Positions 25,539 to 33,685 of a stretch of 64,000 bases of DNA are shown here, piece after piece; position 1 is the stretch's first letter, and each line of letters starts with the position of its first letter. The stretch spans positions 1-64,000 of the IMG/VR virus record IMGVR_UViG_3300046694_000299. The stretch is one strand, 5' to 3'. The notes under the pieces are model-generated. The model had not been told where the DNA came from. It did not search any database and saw only the letters and a program-made list of their open reading frames with translations. The position numbers and the translations under genes were made by a program. The stretch is from a virus.

Positions 25539-25868
25539 TCAGCTGTGGTCGTGGAGCACGAGCCACGCCGGCTCGGGATGGAGTTCGTGGCCGAGGCGGA
25601 CGGCCACGTTGTGGAGGACCGTGTTCCAGGCCGGGACCTCGTACCGGGCGAAGGCGTCCGGCGTGAGGCGAGCGAAGGTGTTCTCTTCGATCTCCTCGGA
25701 TTCGGTGACCAGGAAGAGCTGCTCGAAGTCGCCCAGGAAGGTGTGCTCCACCCGGCCGAGGCGTTCACCGTCGGGCTGGTCGGCGAGCACGGCGTCGAGG
25801 TGCTCGAAGTCCGTCGTGGCGGGGATCTCGAACCCGTAGGCGACGCTGGTCGTGTGGTGGAGGCCCAT
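25539..25868 (-). CDS. Hypothetical protein
   Basis: Start re-placed to MGLHHTTSVAYGFEIP. ATGA overlap. Confidence 0.5.
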   Translation of the reverse strand: MGLHHTTSVAYGFEIPATTDFEHLDAVLADQPDGERLGRVEHTFLGDFEQLFLVTESEEIEENTFARLTPDAFARYEVPAWNTVLHNVAVRLGHELHPEPAWLVLHDHS

Positions 25869-26404
25869 CAGTTGGCACCTGCCAGCTTCACGATCCGGTC
25901 GTGGGCGTCGTTGAAGTCGTTCGTGTCGAGGCCCATCCACGGCACGGTGTGCGCCATTCCGAGCAAAATGTCGTAGGCGCTCATGCCGTCCGATGCGGCG
26001 GCGGCCTTCTCGATGTCCGCGTCGGTGTAGGTGCCGTTGCTGCTGACGTCGCCGGGCATGTAGTTGCTGCCGGGTTCGTCGCACCAGGCGTGGCTGAGCT
26101 TCGCGTACAGGTCGCGGGCCACCTTGTCGGTGATGGCTTCCTTGAGGTCTGCGGTGTCCTGCGTCCAGTCGATGCCGGACTCGGCGAGGATCTGAACGCC
26201 CTTGAAGGCGTTCTCGCGGGTCATCGCTTCGGCGATGGCGAGGCCTTCGTGGTGGCCGATCCGCCAGCGCGCCGGATTGTTCAGCGCCTCGGTGGCGGGC
26301 ATCCGGCAGACGAGCAGGCCGGGTGCTGCTTGTACGGCGCCGGACACGGTGTGCTTCTGCTGGCCGTGGACGATCATCGTGTAGTCGGTGGTCTCACCGA
26401 TCAT
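25868..26404 (-). CDS. Hypothetical protein
   Basis: 178-aa ORF. Confidence 0.55.
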   Translation of the reverse strand: MIGETTDYTMIVHGQQKHTVSGAVQAAPGLLVCRMPATEALNNPARWRIGHHEGLAIAEAMTRENAFKGVQILAESGIDWTQDTADLKEAITDKVARDLYAKLSHAWCDEPGSNYMPGDVSSNGTYTDADIEKAAAASDGMSAYDILLGMAHTVPWMGLDTNDFNDAHDRIVKLAGAN

Positions 26405-26517
26405 CGGAACTCCTGGGGTGGGATGCTGGTGGTGGACTCCCGCCCGTTAGCCCCGGGCGGGGGTTTCTGCTTTGGGCCGCCGACCGTGCGGGAGCGGATC
26501 GCCGCACGGCCGGCAGG

Positions 26518-27024
26518 TCAGGTGGTGGCGGGCCCGTCGACCGCGGCCCACGACGGGACGTGCACCGGGTTGGCGGCGTCGGGTCCGACGTAGCGGACGT
26601 TGAGCGCTTCCCAGAGGGGCTTCACGTAGATCGGCCCGGTCGCCTGGTCCTCCATCGCCGTGGTGTCGCGGACCATCGACGGGACGTCGATTCGGTTGGC
26701 GTTCGCCTCTTCGGCGAGGAACGGCGCGAGCTGGGCCTGCAGGGTCTGAGCCTCAACACGCCATTCGGCGCACTCTTCGAGGAGTTCGTCCCGCTCCGAC
26801 TGCATCGCGACTGCGGCCTGCTCGGCGTCCTCTCGCTTGCGTCGCTCGCCCTCCCAGGCGGCGTACACCTCGTCGCGGTCCTGGATCAGCAGGGCGAAGT
26901 AGTCGTCGGCGGCCATCTGCCGGTTGAGGAGCTTGCGGTTCTCGTCGCGGAGTTCGGCAATCTTGTCGACGGCGCGCCGGCTGCCGTTGCCCTTCAGCCC
27001 GGGGATCAGGTCGGTGAGGGTCAC
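26518..27024 (-). CDS. Coiled-coil hypothetical protein (GTG start)
   Basis: VTLTDLIPGLKGNGSRRAVDKIAELRDENRKLL... Confidence 0.5.
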   Translation of the reverse strand: MTLTDLIPGLKGNGSRRAVDKIAELRDENRKLLNRQMAADDYFALLIQDRDEVYAAWEGERRKREDAEQAAVAMQSERDELLEECAEWRVEAQTLQAQLAPFLAEEANANRIDVPSMVRDTTAMEDQATGPIYVKPLWEALNVRYVGPDAANPVHVPSWAAVDGPATT

Positions 27025-27155
27025 TGCTGCTCCTTGCTGGCTATGCGGTTCGAGATGCGGGGTCCGGCGACGGTCAGGAAGGCGATCGCGGCGAGGACGG
27101 CCCAGCCTTCGGCGGTCAGGTAGTAGGCGCACAGGACGTCCGTCAGCCGGATCAC
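27021..27155 (-). CDS. 44-aa membrane micro-protein (GTG start)
   Basis: My translation: VIRLTDVLCAYYLTAEGWAVLAAIAFLTVAGPRISNRIASKEQQ. GTGA overlaps at both ends. Confidence 0.35.
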   Translation of the reverse strand: MIRLTDVLCAYYLTAEGWAVLAAIAFLTVAGPRISNRIASKEQQ

Positions 27156-27514
27156 CAGGCATTCCTACGGAGCCGGTCTGCGGTGTCGCGGAGGAGGTCG
27201 AGGGCCTGCTGCTTGCCGTTGCCCTTGTAGTCGCACCAGGCGGCCAGCGAGGGGGCGGTGATGCGGGCTTCGATCGCCTTCTCGACGGCCGTGGTGAGTG
27301 GTGTAACGAGGTGGAGGGGCGTTCCATGGACGGCCACGTTGATCGCGCCGATCAGGTCGACTTCGCAGCGGTCAAGCGGGAGCCCGTTCCGGGCTTGCGG
27401 CGTGCTGTACAGGTACTTCTTGCAGAACCCGACGCGGACGATGTGGGCGCGGGCTTTGTCGAGGACGTCAGCGATCTCGGTCGTGGTGGTTGTGGTTGTG
27501 GTTGTGGTCGTCAT
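27152..27514 (-). CDS. Hypothetical protein with an N-terminal Thr11 run
   Basis: MTTTTTTTTTTTEIADVLDKARAH..., encoded by a GGTTGT-type hexanucleotide repeat. Confidence 0.55.
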   Translation of the reverse strand: MTTTTTTTTTTTEIADVLDKARAHIVRVGFCKKYLYSTPQARNGLPLDRCEVDLIGAINVAVHGTPLHLVTPLTTAVEKAIEARITAPSLAAWCDYKGNGKQQALDLLRDTADRLRRNAW

Positions 27515-27696
27515 CGCCCCTCCCCGATGGTGTCGAGGGCGAGGCGGACGGTGTGCCGGTCGTCGGAGCCGGCAGGGCGCTGGGCTCCGGCCAGGTCGGC
27601 GGCGGTGTCCATGTCGGCGTGGGTGACGGCGTCCGAGTCGTGGCGGCCGTGGTCCGCGAGCGTGCGGGCGGTGAGGTAGGCGTCGAGGGCGGTCAC
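27511..27696 (-). CDS. Hypothetical protein
   Basis: 61-aa ORF, coupled. Confidence 0.45.
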   Translation of the reverse strand: MTALDAYLTARTLADHGRHDSDAVTHADMDTAADLAGAQRPAGSDDRHTVRLALDTIGEGR

Positions 27697-27806
27697 TTGG
27701 TCCCCCTGGTGTTGTGGTCGGAGAGTCGACGGTTGCGGTGGTCGTCGCGGGCGCTGGCGAGGAGCAGGGCCACGGCTGCGACGGCGACGAATAGGCCGGT
27801 GATCAC
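27693..27806 (-). CDS. 37-aa single-TM micro-protein (GTG start)
   Basis: VITGLFVAVAAVALLLASARDDHRNRRLSDHNTRGTK. GTGA overlap. Confidence 0.3.
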   Translation of the reverse strand: MITGLFVAVAAVALLLASARDDHRNRRLSDHNTRGTK

Positions 27807-28042
27807 GGCGTCCTCCGGATCTGGTCGGGCCGGATGCCGAGTGCGGCGAGGAGCTCGAGGACTCCGGCGTTGACGGCCGGGTCCTTGGCGATGACCGCGC
27901 CAGCGATCCGCGGCATCACGTCGTCGAGCGGGTGCGGGTGCTCGGCGGCGACCTGGTCGGCGATGCGAACCGCGGCCCGGCGCTGCTCGTCTGCCTCCGC
28001 GATGGTCGGCTTCGGGCCGTAGTCGGCCAGCTCCATGCCCAT
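27803..28042 (-). CDS. Hypothetical protein
   Basis: Start re-placed to MGMELADYGPKP. Confidence 0.5.
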   Translation of the reverse strand: MGMELADYGPKPTIAEADEQRRAAVRIADQVAAEHPHPLDDVMPRIAGAVIAKDPAVNAGVLELLAALGIRPDQIRRTP

Positions 28043-28236
28043 CAGGAGGCCTCCATCTGGCGGCGCCGCTGTCCTTCGCGGCAGATCGTGTACTGGGCGT
28101 GGAGGCGTTCGACGCGCTCGTAGTAGTCGCTGACCGTCCACGGCCTGGCGCCGAGCGCACGGCGCCGGAACTCCTTGTCGAGGCGGACCAGGGCAGCCTC
28201 TGCGGCGTCCGCGAGCGGGCGGGGTCCGGCGCTCAC
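28042..28236 (-). CDS. Hypothetical protein (GTG start)
   Basis: VSAGPRPLADAAEAALVRLDKEFRRR... Confidence 0.45.
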   Translation of the reverse strand: MSAGPRPLADAAEAALVRLDKEFRRRALGARPWTVSDYYERVERLHAQYTICREGQRRRQMEAS

Positions 28237-28562
28237 GCCGCCACCGCCTCGGGCCGCCAAGCCGGCTGACGGTGGTTGAGGTAGAGGACGAACGTGACGC
28301 CCGCATACCTGGTGACCGTGGTGGTGTGCCAGTTGAAGGCGCCCTCGCGGGTGTCCAGCTTGCTGTCGTCCACCTCGAACGCCTCGCACCAGGCGGCGAA
28401 CGCTTCGGCGTCATGGTTGAACTGGACGTCAATGACCTGCTCGGCGCCCACCGTGGCGCCGCGGACGTGCAGCAAGGCGGCCGGGAGGGACGGGTGGTTG
28501 AGGGTGACGGACTCCAGGGCGCTGATCGCCGGGGTCATGTCGGTCATGGTCAGAGCGGTCAC
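28233..28562 (-). CDS. Hypothetical protein
   Basis: 109-aa ORF. Confidence 0.5.
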   Translation of the reverse strand: MTALTMTDMTPAISALESVTLNHPSLPAALLHVRGATVGAEQVIDVQFNHDAEAFAAWCEAFEVDDSKLDTREGAFNWHTTTVTRYAGVTFVLYLNHRQPAWRPEAVAA

Positions 28563-28765
28563 GGCTTCTCCTCGGGCGTGCAGGTGCAGTTCTCGGGGTG
28601 GGCGCAGGCGAGGAGGTCGAAGACCTGCTCGTACCAGGCGGCGGGCTGCAGGGCCGTGACGTGGCCGAGCGGCGGTGTGGCGAGCAGCGAGTTCAGGCGG
28701 GCATCCGCCTCCACGACGCTGCTGCTCACGTCCAGGTCGGAGATCGGGCGCGGGGTCGTCGTCAT
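28559..28765 (-). CDS. Hypothetical protein
   Basis: Start re-placed to MTTTPRPISDLD. Confidence 0.45.
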   Translation of the reverse strand: MTTTPRPISDLDVSSSVVEADARLNSLLATPPLGHVTALQPAAWYEQVFDLLACAHPENCTCTPEEKP

Positions 28766-29007
28766 CGCCCGGCCTCCGCTCCGTCGCGCGGGGCGAGCCC
28801 GGGGGCGCCCAGCTCGACGATCAGCGCGTCCAGCACGTCGGTTGCCGCGGTCGCGCCCGTCACCGGCATGTAGGCCGAGAACGTGCGGATCAGGTCCGTG
28901 CGGAGCTGCTGCCAGCGGGGCTTGGCGGGCGCAGGCCCGGCGGGCATCGGCAGGGCGCCCATGACCTCCACGGCCGTGGCCAGGTCGATGATCGGCTCGG
29001 CGCTCAT
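28762..29007 (-). CDS. Hypothetical protein
   Basis: Start re-placed to MSAEPIIDLATA. Confidence 0.45.
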   Translation of the reverse strand: MSAEPIIDLATAVEVMGALPMPAGPAPAKPRWQQLRTDLIRTFSAYMPVTGATAATDVLDALIVELGAPGLAPRDGAEAGR

Positions 29008-29252
29008 GCCGCATCTCCGATCCGGACGATGAGCCCCGGGTTGCAGGCGGCGAGCACCTTGTTCGCGGCGGCGACACGGGCCAGCGCGTCCTCCCGGTCC
29101 TCGCGGTACAGCGGGGCCCGGAAGCGGCGAACGTCCTCGACGGCGACACGGGCCTCCTCGACCGCGTGCAAGACGCGGAGCGGGAGCTGGCCGCCAGTGC
29201 GGGCAGCGACGTGATCCGACATCGGGACGTCGGGAAGGTTCATCGTGATCAC
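29004..29252 (-). CDS. Hypothetical protein
   Basis: 82-aa ORF. Confidence 0.5.
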   Translation of the reverse strand: MITMNLPDVPMSDHVAARTGGQLPLRVLHAVEEARVAVEDVRRFRAPLYREDREDALARVAAANKVLAACNPGLIVRIGDAA

Positions 29253-30031
29253 GACGCCTCCCCAAGACCGAGCTGGGTGGGGTCGGCCGTAGCGTTGTCG
29301 CAGAAGCGGGCGATGTCCTCGAAGGACTCGGCCTCCGTGCGGTGAGTGATCAGGTAGAGCGTGCGGTAGTTCAGCTCAAACTCCGCAGCGTTCCTCCGTG
29401 CCAGCCCGACTGCCGCGCCACGGGTGGCCAGGTAGCGTTCGGCCGCCGTAGGGTCTTCCACGGCCCACGCGGCCGGCTCCATCGACACGGCTTCCTTGGC
29501 CAGGTCGAAGAGGGCGTCGCTGGCGGCCCACCGGTTGCTGTCGTTGGCGAGGGAGCTGACGAGCTTCGCTCGGTCGGTCAGTTCGCCCAGCCGGTCCATG
29601 GCGACGCGGTGCTCGCGACCGGCGCGGAGCTGTGCAGCCACTGCGCGATAGCGGTCCTGGCGCACGTCGAGTTCGGACTCGGTGACCCGGGTGTACGGAA
29701 GACCCTGGGCGTATTCGACGATGGCGTCGAAGTCGGCCGCTTCAAAGGCTTCGCGCCCCACCGCTGAGGTCCAGCGCTCCGCACAGAAGGCGATCAGCGC
29801 GTCTTCGTTCGCCTTGAATTCGGTGCAGGGTACGGACGTCCAGGACCGGATCACGGAGTGCCCGTGAGCCTGCGCGGCGTGTCCGTGTTCCTTGAAGCGG
29901 TTCGCCGGGTTCCCGGTCTGCCCAACCTTGACCGTCCCGCTGGTGAACTCCAGGACGTAGACGTGGCGCTCCAGACCGGTACGGATGTTCTCGCGTTCGC
30001 GAGCTAGGCGATCGTGCGAGTATGTGGACAA
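29249..30031 (-). CDS. T5orf172/GIY-YIG-like N-terminal domain protein
   Basis: HVYVLEFTSGTVKVGQTGNPANRFKEH at the N-terminus, then a helical C-terminal half. Confidence 0.55.
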   Translation of the reverse strand: MSTYSHDRLARERENIRTGLERHVYVLEFTSGTVKVGQTGNPANRFKEHGHAAQAHGHSVIRSWTSVPCTEFKANEDALIAFCAERWTSAVGREAFEAADFDAIVEYAQGLPYTRVTESELDVRQDRYRAVAAQLRAGREHRVAMDRLGELTDRAKLVSSLANDSNRWAASDALFDLAKEAVSMEPAAWAVEDPTAAERYLATRGAAVGLARRNAAEFELNYRTLYLITHRTEAESFEDIARFCDNATADPTQLGLGEAS

Positions 30032-30134
30032 GGTCCACTCCTGTTCTCTCTCAGATTCCGTGGGTGGATCGCGCGGCGTGAGCCGCGGTGGCCCCGGCTG
30101 TCGGTGTGCGAACCGGCGGTTGGGGCCGCGGCCG

Positions 30135-30362
30135 TTAGGCGGCGCTGTGGCTCATCTCGCTGGCGCCGGCGTGGTCGCCGTTCATCCAGGCGTCGAGTTC
30201 GCTGATCTTGTAGCGGTAGCGGCGGGCGCCGTGGCGCTTGCTTTCCGGTCCGATGGCGTCGCGTCGCCAGCGGTAGAGGGTGACGACGTGGACGCCCAGG
30301 TAGTCGGCGGCGTCTTCACTCCAGAGCCAGCCCTTCGGCGGGGGCTTGGGCTTGTTCGGCAT
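30135..30362 (-). CDS. xis: Excisionase/MerR-type HTH DNA-binding protein
   Basis: WLWSEDAADYLGVHVVTLYRWRRD...YRYKISELDAWM. ATG at 30362 preceded by GAGGA. It is the first gene of the long leftward array. Confidence 0.6.
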   Translation of the reverse strand: MPNKPKPPPKGWLWSEDAADYLGVHVVTLYRWRRDAIGPESKRHGARRYRYKISELDAWMNGDHAGASEMSHSAA

Positions 30363-30366
30363 TGGT

Positions 30367-30699
30367 CTATTCCTCACTGATGGGGGTGGGGGGACGAGAC
30401 GTTTGGTTCAGTTCCGGAGACGGCGGGGGCGCGAAAAGGGGGAAGATCGCGCTACCGACGGCCTCCGCGAGGGCTGTTGCGTCATCGACGTCAGCGTTGC
30501 CTTGCCTGCCGGTCAGGAGCTTCTCTATGACGCCCTGACCAACCCCTGACTCTTCAGCCAGACCGCGGACCGAGAAGGGCTTCCCTCGGCCCGGAAATTC
30601 CATGTAGTGCTTGAGAAGCTGGACGCTCCGTAGGGTCCAGCGTCGGCTTGCATGTCGGCTCACAATGCCCCCGAGTGGTGCGGTGTGTTTGCCTAACAC
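30367..30699 (-). CDS. XRE-family HTH regulator (start uncertain; atypical codon usage)
   Basis: LRSVQLLKHYMEFPGRGKPFSVRGLAEESGVGQGVIEKLLTGRQ. GC3 is low and there is an in-frame TTA at 30694-30696. Confidence 0.5.
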   Translation of the reverse strand: MLGKHTAPLGGIVSRHASRRWTLRSVQLLKHYMEFPGRGKPFSVRGLAEESGVGQGVIEKLLTGRQGNADVDDATALAEAVGSAIFPLFAPPPSPELNQTSRPPTPISEE

Positions 30700-30721
30700 A
30701 GCAAAGCACAGTGGAGCCGTT

Positions 30722-30870
30722 TCGTCTACAGATCCGAGACGACCGGGGGTCGAGTATCGGCAGGAGTCTTGGCTGGATAGCATCGACTTGTAGACGAACT
30801 GTCTCGGATCCGGGAAGGTTGTACTGACTGACCTGGTAATTTTCGGGCGCCCGCACGTATCTACAGAGAC
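30722..30870. promoter_or_regulatory. Operator-like repeats built from half-sites TCGTCTACA and GATCCGAGAC
   Basis: Site 1 at 30722-30740 (both half-sites). Site 2 inverted, TGTAGACGA 30789-97 plus GTCTCGGATC 30801-10. Site 3 is a compact TCTACAGAGAC at 30860-70. Confidence 0.45.
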
Positions 30871-30905
30871 AGTCGGTATCTGACGTGACCCGAGAGGAAG
30901 AGGAC

Positions 30906-31337
30906 ATGACGGCAGCGGCCCCCGACCGGGCAACCGGTACGGACGAGCCGAGTCCCCGGGGTGCGCTCTCGCAGCTCATCCAGGACGCGAACGACCGAGG
31001 CCTCTCCTACCAGAAGATGTCCGAGCGTGCCGTCGACCCCGAGTCCGGCACCAGGCTGTCCAAGCCCTACCTTCAACGGCTCGTCGCCAACCCGCCGGCG
31101 AACTCCCCCAGCCCCAAGCAGATCAAGGCCCTCTCCAGGGCCCTCAATGTGAGCGAGCGGCGCCTCAAGGCCGCCGCAGCATCGCAGTGGCTGGAATACG
31201 AGGCCACGGAACTTGCGGGCTACAACGACAACGTTCGCATCATCGTGGGCCACCTGGCGGGCATGTCTGAGCCTGAGCTGCGGCGTTGGCGCGCGATGAT
31301 CGAAGCCGACGAGCGCGCGCGGAACGACAACGAGTAG
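30906..31337 (+). CDS. XRE/CI-like HTH regulator (candidate immunity repressor)
   Basis: LSQLIQDANDRGLSYQKMSERAV...LSKPYLQRL. Divergent from the xis-side array. An alternative GTG start lies at 30885. Confidence 0.6.
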   Translation: MTAAAPDRATGTDEPSPRGALSQLIQDANDRGLSYQKMSERAVDPESGTRLSKPYLQRLVANPPANSPSPKQIKALSRALNVSERRLKAAAASQWLEYEATELAGYNDNVRIIVGHLAGMSEPELRRWRAMIEADERARNDNE

Positions 31338-31495
31338 CGGCGGCGTCGCGTCCCGCGTAGCAGGTTGACCGAAAAAGTCCCCAAGTAGACATTCTCTTCA
31401 ACTGATTGTCGACGCCTGCTCACTCGGCGTACCCTTCCACAACCGTGCGCGTCCGGCGCATTGCGCCCACGCGTACCGTGACACCGGGAGGGTGC

Positions 31496-31945
31496 ATGCT
31501 GCGCGTCGTCTACGAAGCAACCAGAGACCTCGACCCAGGCCGGATCGTCGAAATCCGCGAATCCCGCGGACACATCAGCGTCAAGATCAATCCGGACGCC
31601 CCGGCAGAGCAGTACACCGGGGCCCTCAACGCCACGCTCAAGGCGTTCCTCGCCCACTGCGGCTGGTTCCAGATCTGGCGAGGCCAGATCATCAGCGCCG
31701 ACTCCCCCGAGAGCCCGCTCACCGTCGAGTACGAACCCGACGACAAGATAGATCGCGTCCGGTGCGTAGAGGTCCGTGAATCGTGCGGACTCGTCAAGGT
31801 TCACGTCTCAACCAGCGCTACAACGGAAGAATTCGTTCGCGCCCTGAACCTCGCCACCGAGCGCTTCCTGGCCGGCGGACAGTGGTTCCAACTGTGGCAC
31901 GGGGAGATCATCACCATGGACTCGCCCGACAGCCGCGCCGCCTGA
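31496..31945 (+). CDS. Protein made of two tandem ~70-aa repeats, unknown function
   Basis: VVYEATRDLDPGRIVEIRESRGHISVKIN...CGWFQIWRGQIISADSPES aligns with VEYEPDDKIDRVRCVEVRESCGLVKVHVS...GGQWFQLWHGEIITMDSPDS. GGGAGGG RBS upstream. Confidence 0.6.
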   Translation: MLRVVYEATRDLDPGRIVEIRESRGHISVKINPDAPAEQYTGALNATLKAFLAHCGWFQIWRGQIISADSPESPLTVEYEPDDKIDRVRCVEVRESCGLVKVHVSTSATTEEFVRALNLATERFLAGGQWFQLWHGEIITMDSPDSRAA

Positions 31946-31969
31946 CGCGAACCACGAAGTGGACACCGC

Positions 31970-33262
31970 ATGCCCGGATACATCGAAGACCGCTGGTACA
32001 AGAAGGGCCCCGACGGGAAGCGAAGCCTGCCCACCGACCGCAACGGCCAGGGCAAGCGCTACAAGGTCGCCGGAATCCCCGGCGTCCGGGCCCGCTCCTT
32101 CGACAACCTGACGGGCGCGAAGGGGGCAAAGGCCTGGCTGGCGAAGGCCCAGCATCAGGCGTCGGCAGGGGAGTTCATCGATCCGCGCCGCGGCGAAATC
32201 CTCCTCCGGGACTACATCGAGGAGGAGTGGTGGCCGAACAAAGGCTACGACGACCCGGCGACGGCGAACACGGTGCACAGCCGGGTCTGGACGCACGTCA
32301 TCCCGCACCTCGGCAACCTGCAGCTGAACGCGGTCAAGACGCCCCAGCTGAAACGCTGGCTCGCCGAGCTCAAAGGCGGCGTCGGCCCGGGGACGGTCAA
32401 CGAGGCCTGGCACTACCTGGCTTCGATCCTGCAGTCGGCAGTCGATGACGAACGGATCACCAAGAACTACTGCCGTTCCCAGCAGTCGGTGCGGCCTCCC
32501 TCGCGGCCGTCACCGAAGCCGCGCGCCTGGAGCAAGGAGCGGGTACTCGACGTTCAGAAGGCGATGGACCCGCGGTTCCAGATCGCCGTCGACATCGGCG
32601 TCGGGGCCGGCCTGAGGGCGGGCGAGGTCTTCGGGCTCGCCCTGGAGGACATCGACGAGGAGAACGAGCGGATCCACGTCAGGCGGCAGATCAAGAAGGT
32701 CGGGTCCAAGCTCTGCTACGCGCTGCCGAAGGGGCAGAAGACGCGGGACGTGCCGGTGCCCTCGTATCTCCTGAAGCGTATTTCGGATCATCTGGCTGCA
32801 CGGCCCGCGCAGTTGGTGAAGCTGCCATGGTCGAACCCCGCCCCGGGCGAGACGGAGCGCGAGAAGGAGCTGCGGGAGCCGCGGGAGCACGCGCTCATCC
32901 TTCCCGGACCGAACGGGGGCGGGATGCGCCGAGACGCCTGGGACACGCGCATCTGGAAGCCGGCCCTTTCGGGGGCGGGCGTCATCGGGCCGCCTGAGGT
33001 AACGAAGCAGCCGGTCCGGTCGCGCCCCGGCGTGACCCGCACGGTGAAGACTTACGCGGAGAGCCGGGAGAACGGCTTCCATGCCCTACGGCACACGTTC
33101 GCGTCGGTGCAGCTGGATGCGCGGGAGCCGATCGTGGCAGTCTCTCAGTGGCTGGGGCACGAGAACGCGTCGATCACGCTGAGGATCTACGCGCACATGA
33201 TGCCGGAGGCGGACGGGCGGGGCCGCACGGCGATGCAGAACTGGTTCGAGGGATCTTCCTAA
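31970..33262 (+). CDS. int: Tyrosine integrase
   Basis: 430 aa. N-terminus IEDRWYKKG...GKRYKV. Catalytic region AGLRAGEVFGL...HALRHTFAS...LGHENASITLRIYAHM. Confidence 0.85.
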   Translation: MPGYIEDRWYKKGPDGKRSLPTDRNGQGKRYKVAGIPGVRARSFDNLTGAKGAKAWLAKAQHQASAGEFIDPRRGEILLRDYIEEEWWPNKGYDDPATANTVHSRVWTHVIPHLGNLQLNAVKTPQLKRWLAELKGGVGPGTVNEAWHYLASILQSAVDDERITKNYCRSQQSVRPPSRPSPKPRAWSKERVLDVQKAMDPRFQIAVDIGVGAGLRAGEVFGLALEDIDEENERIHVRRQIKKVGSKLCYALPKGQKTRDVPVPSYLLKRISDHLAARPAQLVKLPWSNPAPGETEREKELREPREHALILPGPNGGGMRRDAWDTRIWKPALSGAGVIGPPEVTKQPVRSRPGVTRTVKTYAESRENGFHALRHTFASVQLDAREPIVAVSQWLGHENASITLRIYAHMMPEADGRGRTAMQNWFEGSS

Positions 33263-33266
33263 AAGA

Positions 33267-33659
33267 TCTCCCCAGGCGCTCCCCGCGCGAGTTGGATCAT
33301 GCAAGTGAGGGCCGCTCCCGCACCACGGGAACGGCCCTCATGTCATGTTCAGCGAATCCCTACGAGGCCCAGCGCACGCTTCTGACCTGGGGAAAGGCTC
33401 GACGGGAAGTACAGATAGCAGACCCCGCCCGTACCGGAGACGACGTTCCCGGAGGCGTTGTACCTCTTGGTACGGAGCCAGATGTTCTCCATATGTCATC
33501 GCCAGGGAGCGTGACTTGGGGCTTTGGCTCGGTGAGTCTCCGTCACCCCGCTGACCAGCGAAGCACTGGAGAACTTAGCGGAACACAGTCGAACGGTACC
33601 GAGTAACCTGGCGCCCCCCGAGCGCTCCCCCGCCGCCCATTCTCCCCAGACGCTCCCCG
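33267..33659. repeat. 19-bp direct repeats (18/19 identical) bracketing the non-coding DNA 3' of int
   Basis: TCTCCCCAGGCGCTCCCCG at 33267-33285 and TCTCCCCAGACGCTCCCCG at 33641-33659. Confidence 0.6.
33307..33339 (+). terminator. Stem-loop after int
   Basis: GAGGGCCGCTCCCG, loop CACCA, CGGGAACGGCCCTC. Confidence 0.5.
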
Positions 33660-33685
33660 GAAATCCACCCCTACCGGCCCTCCGG

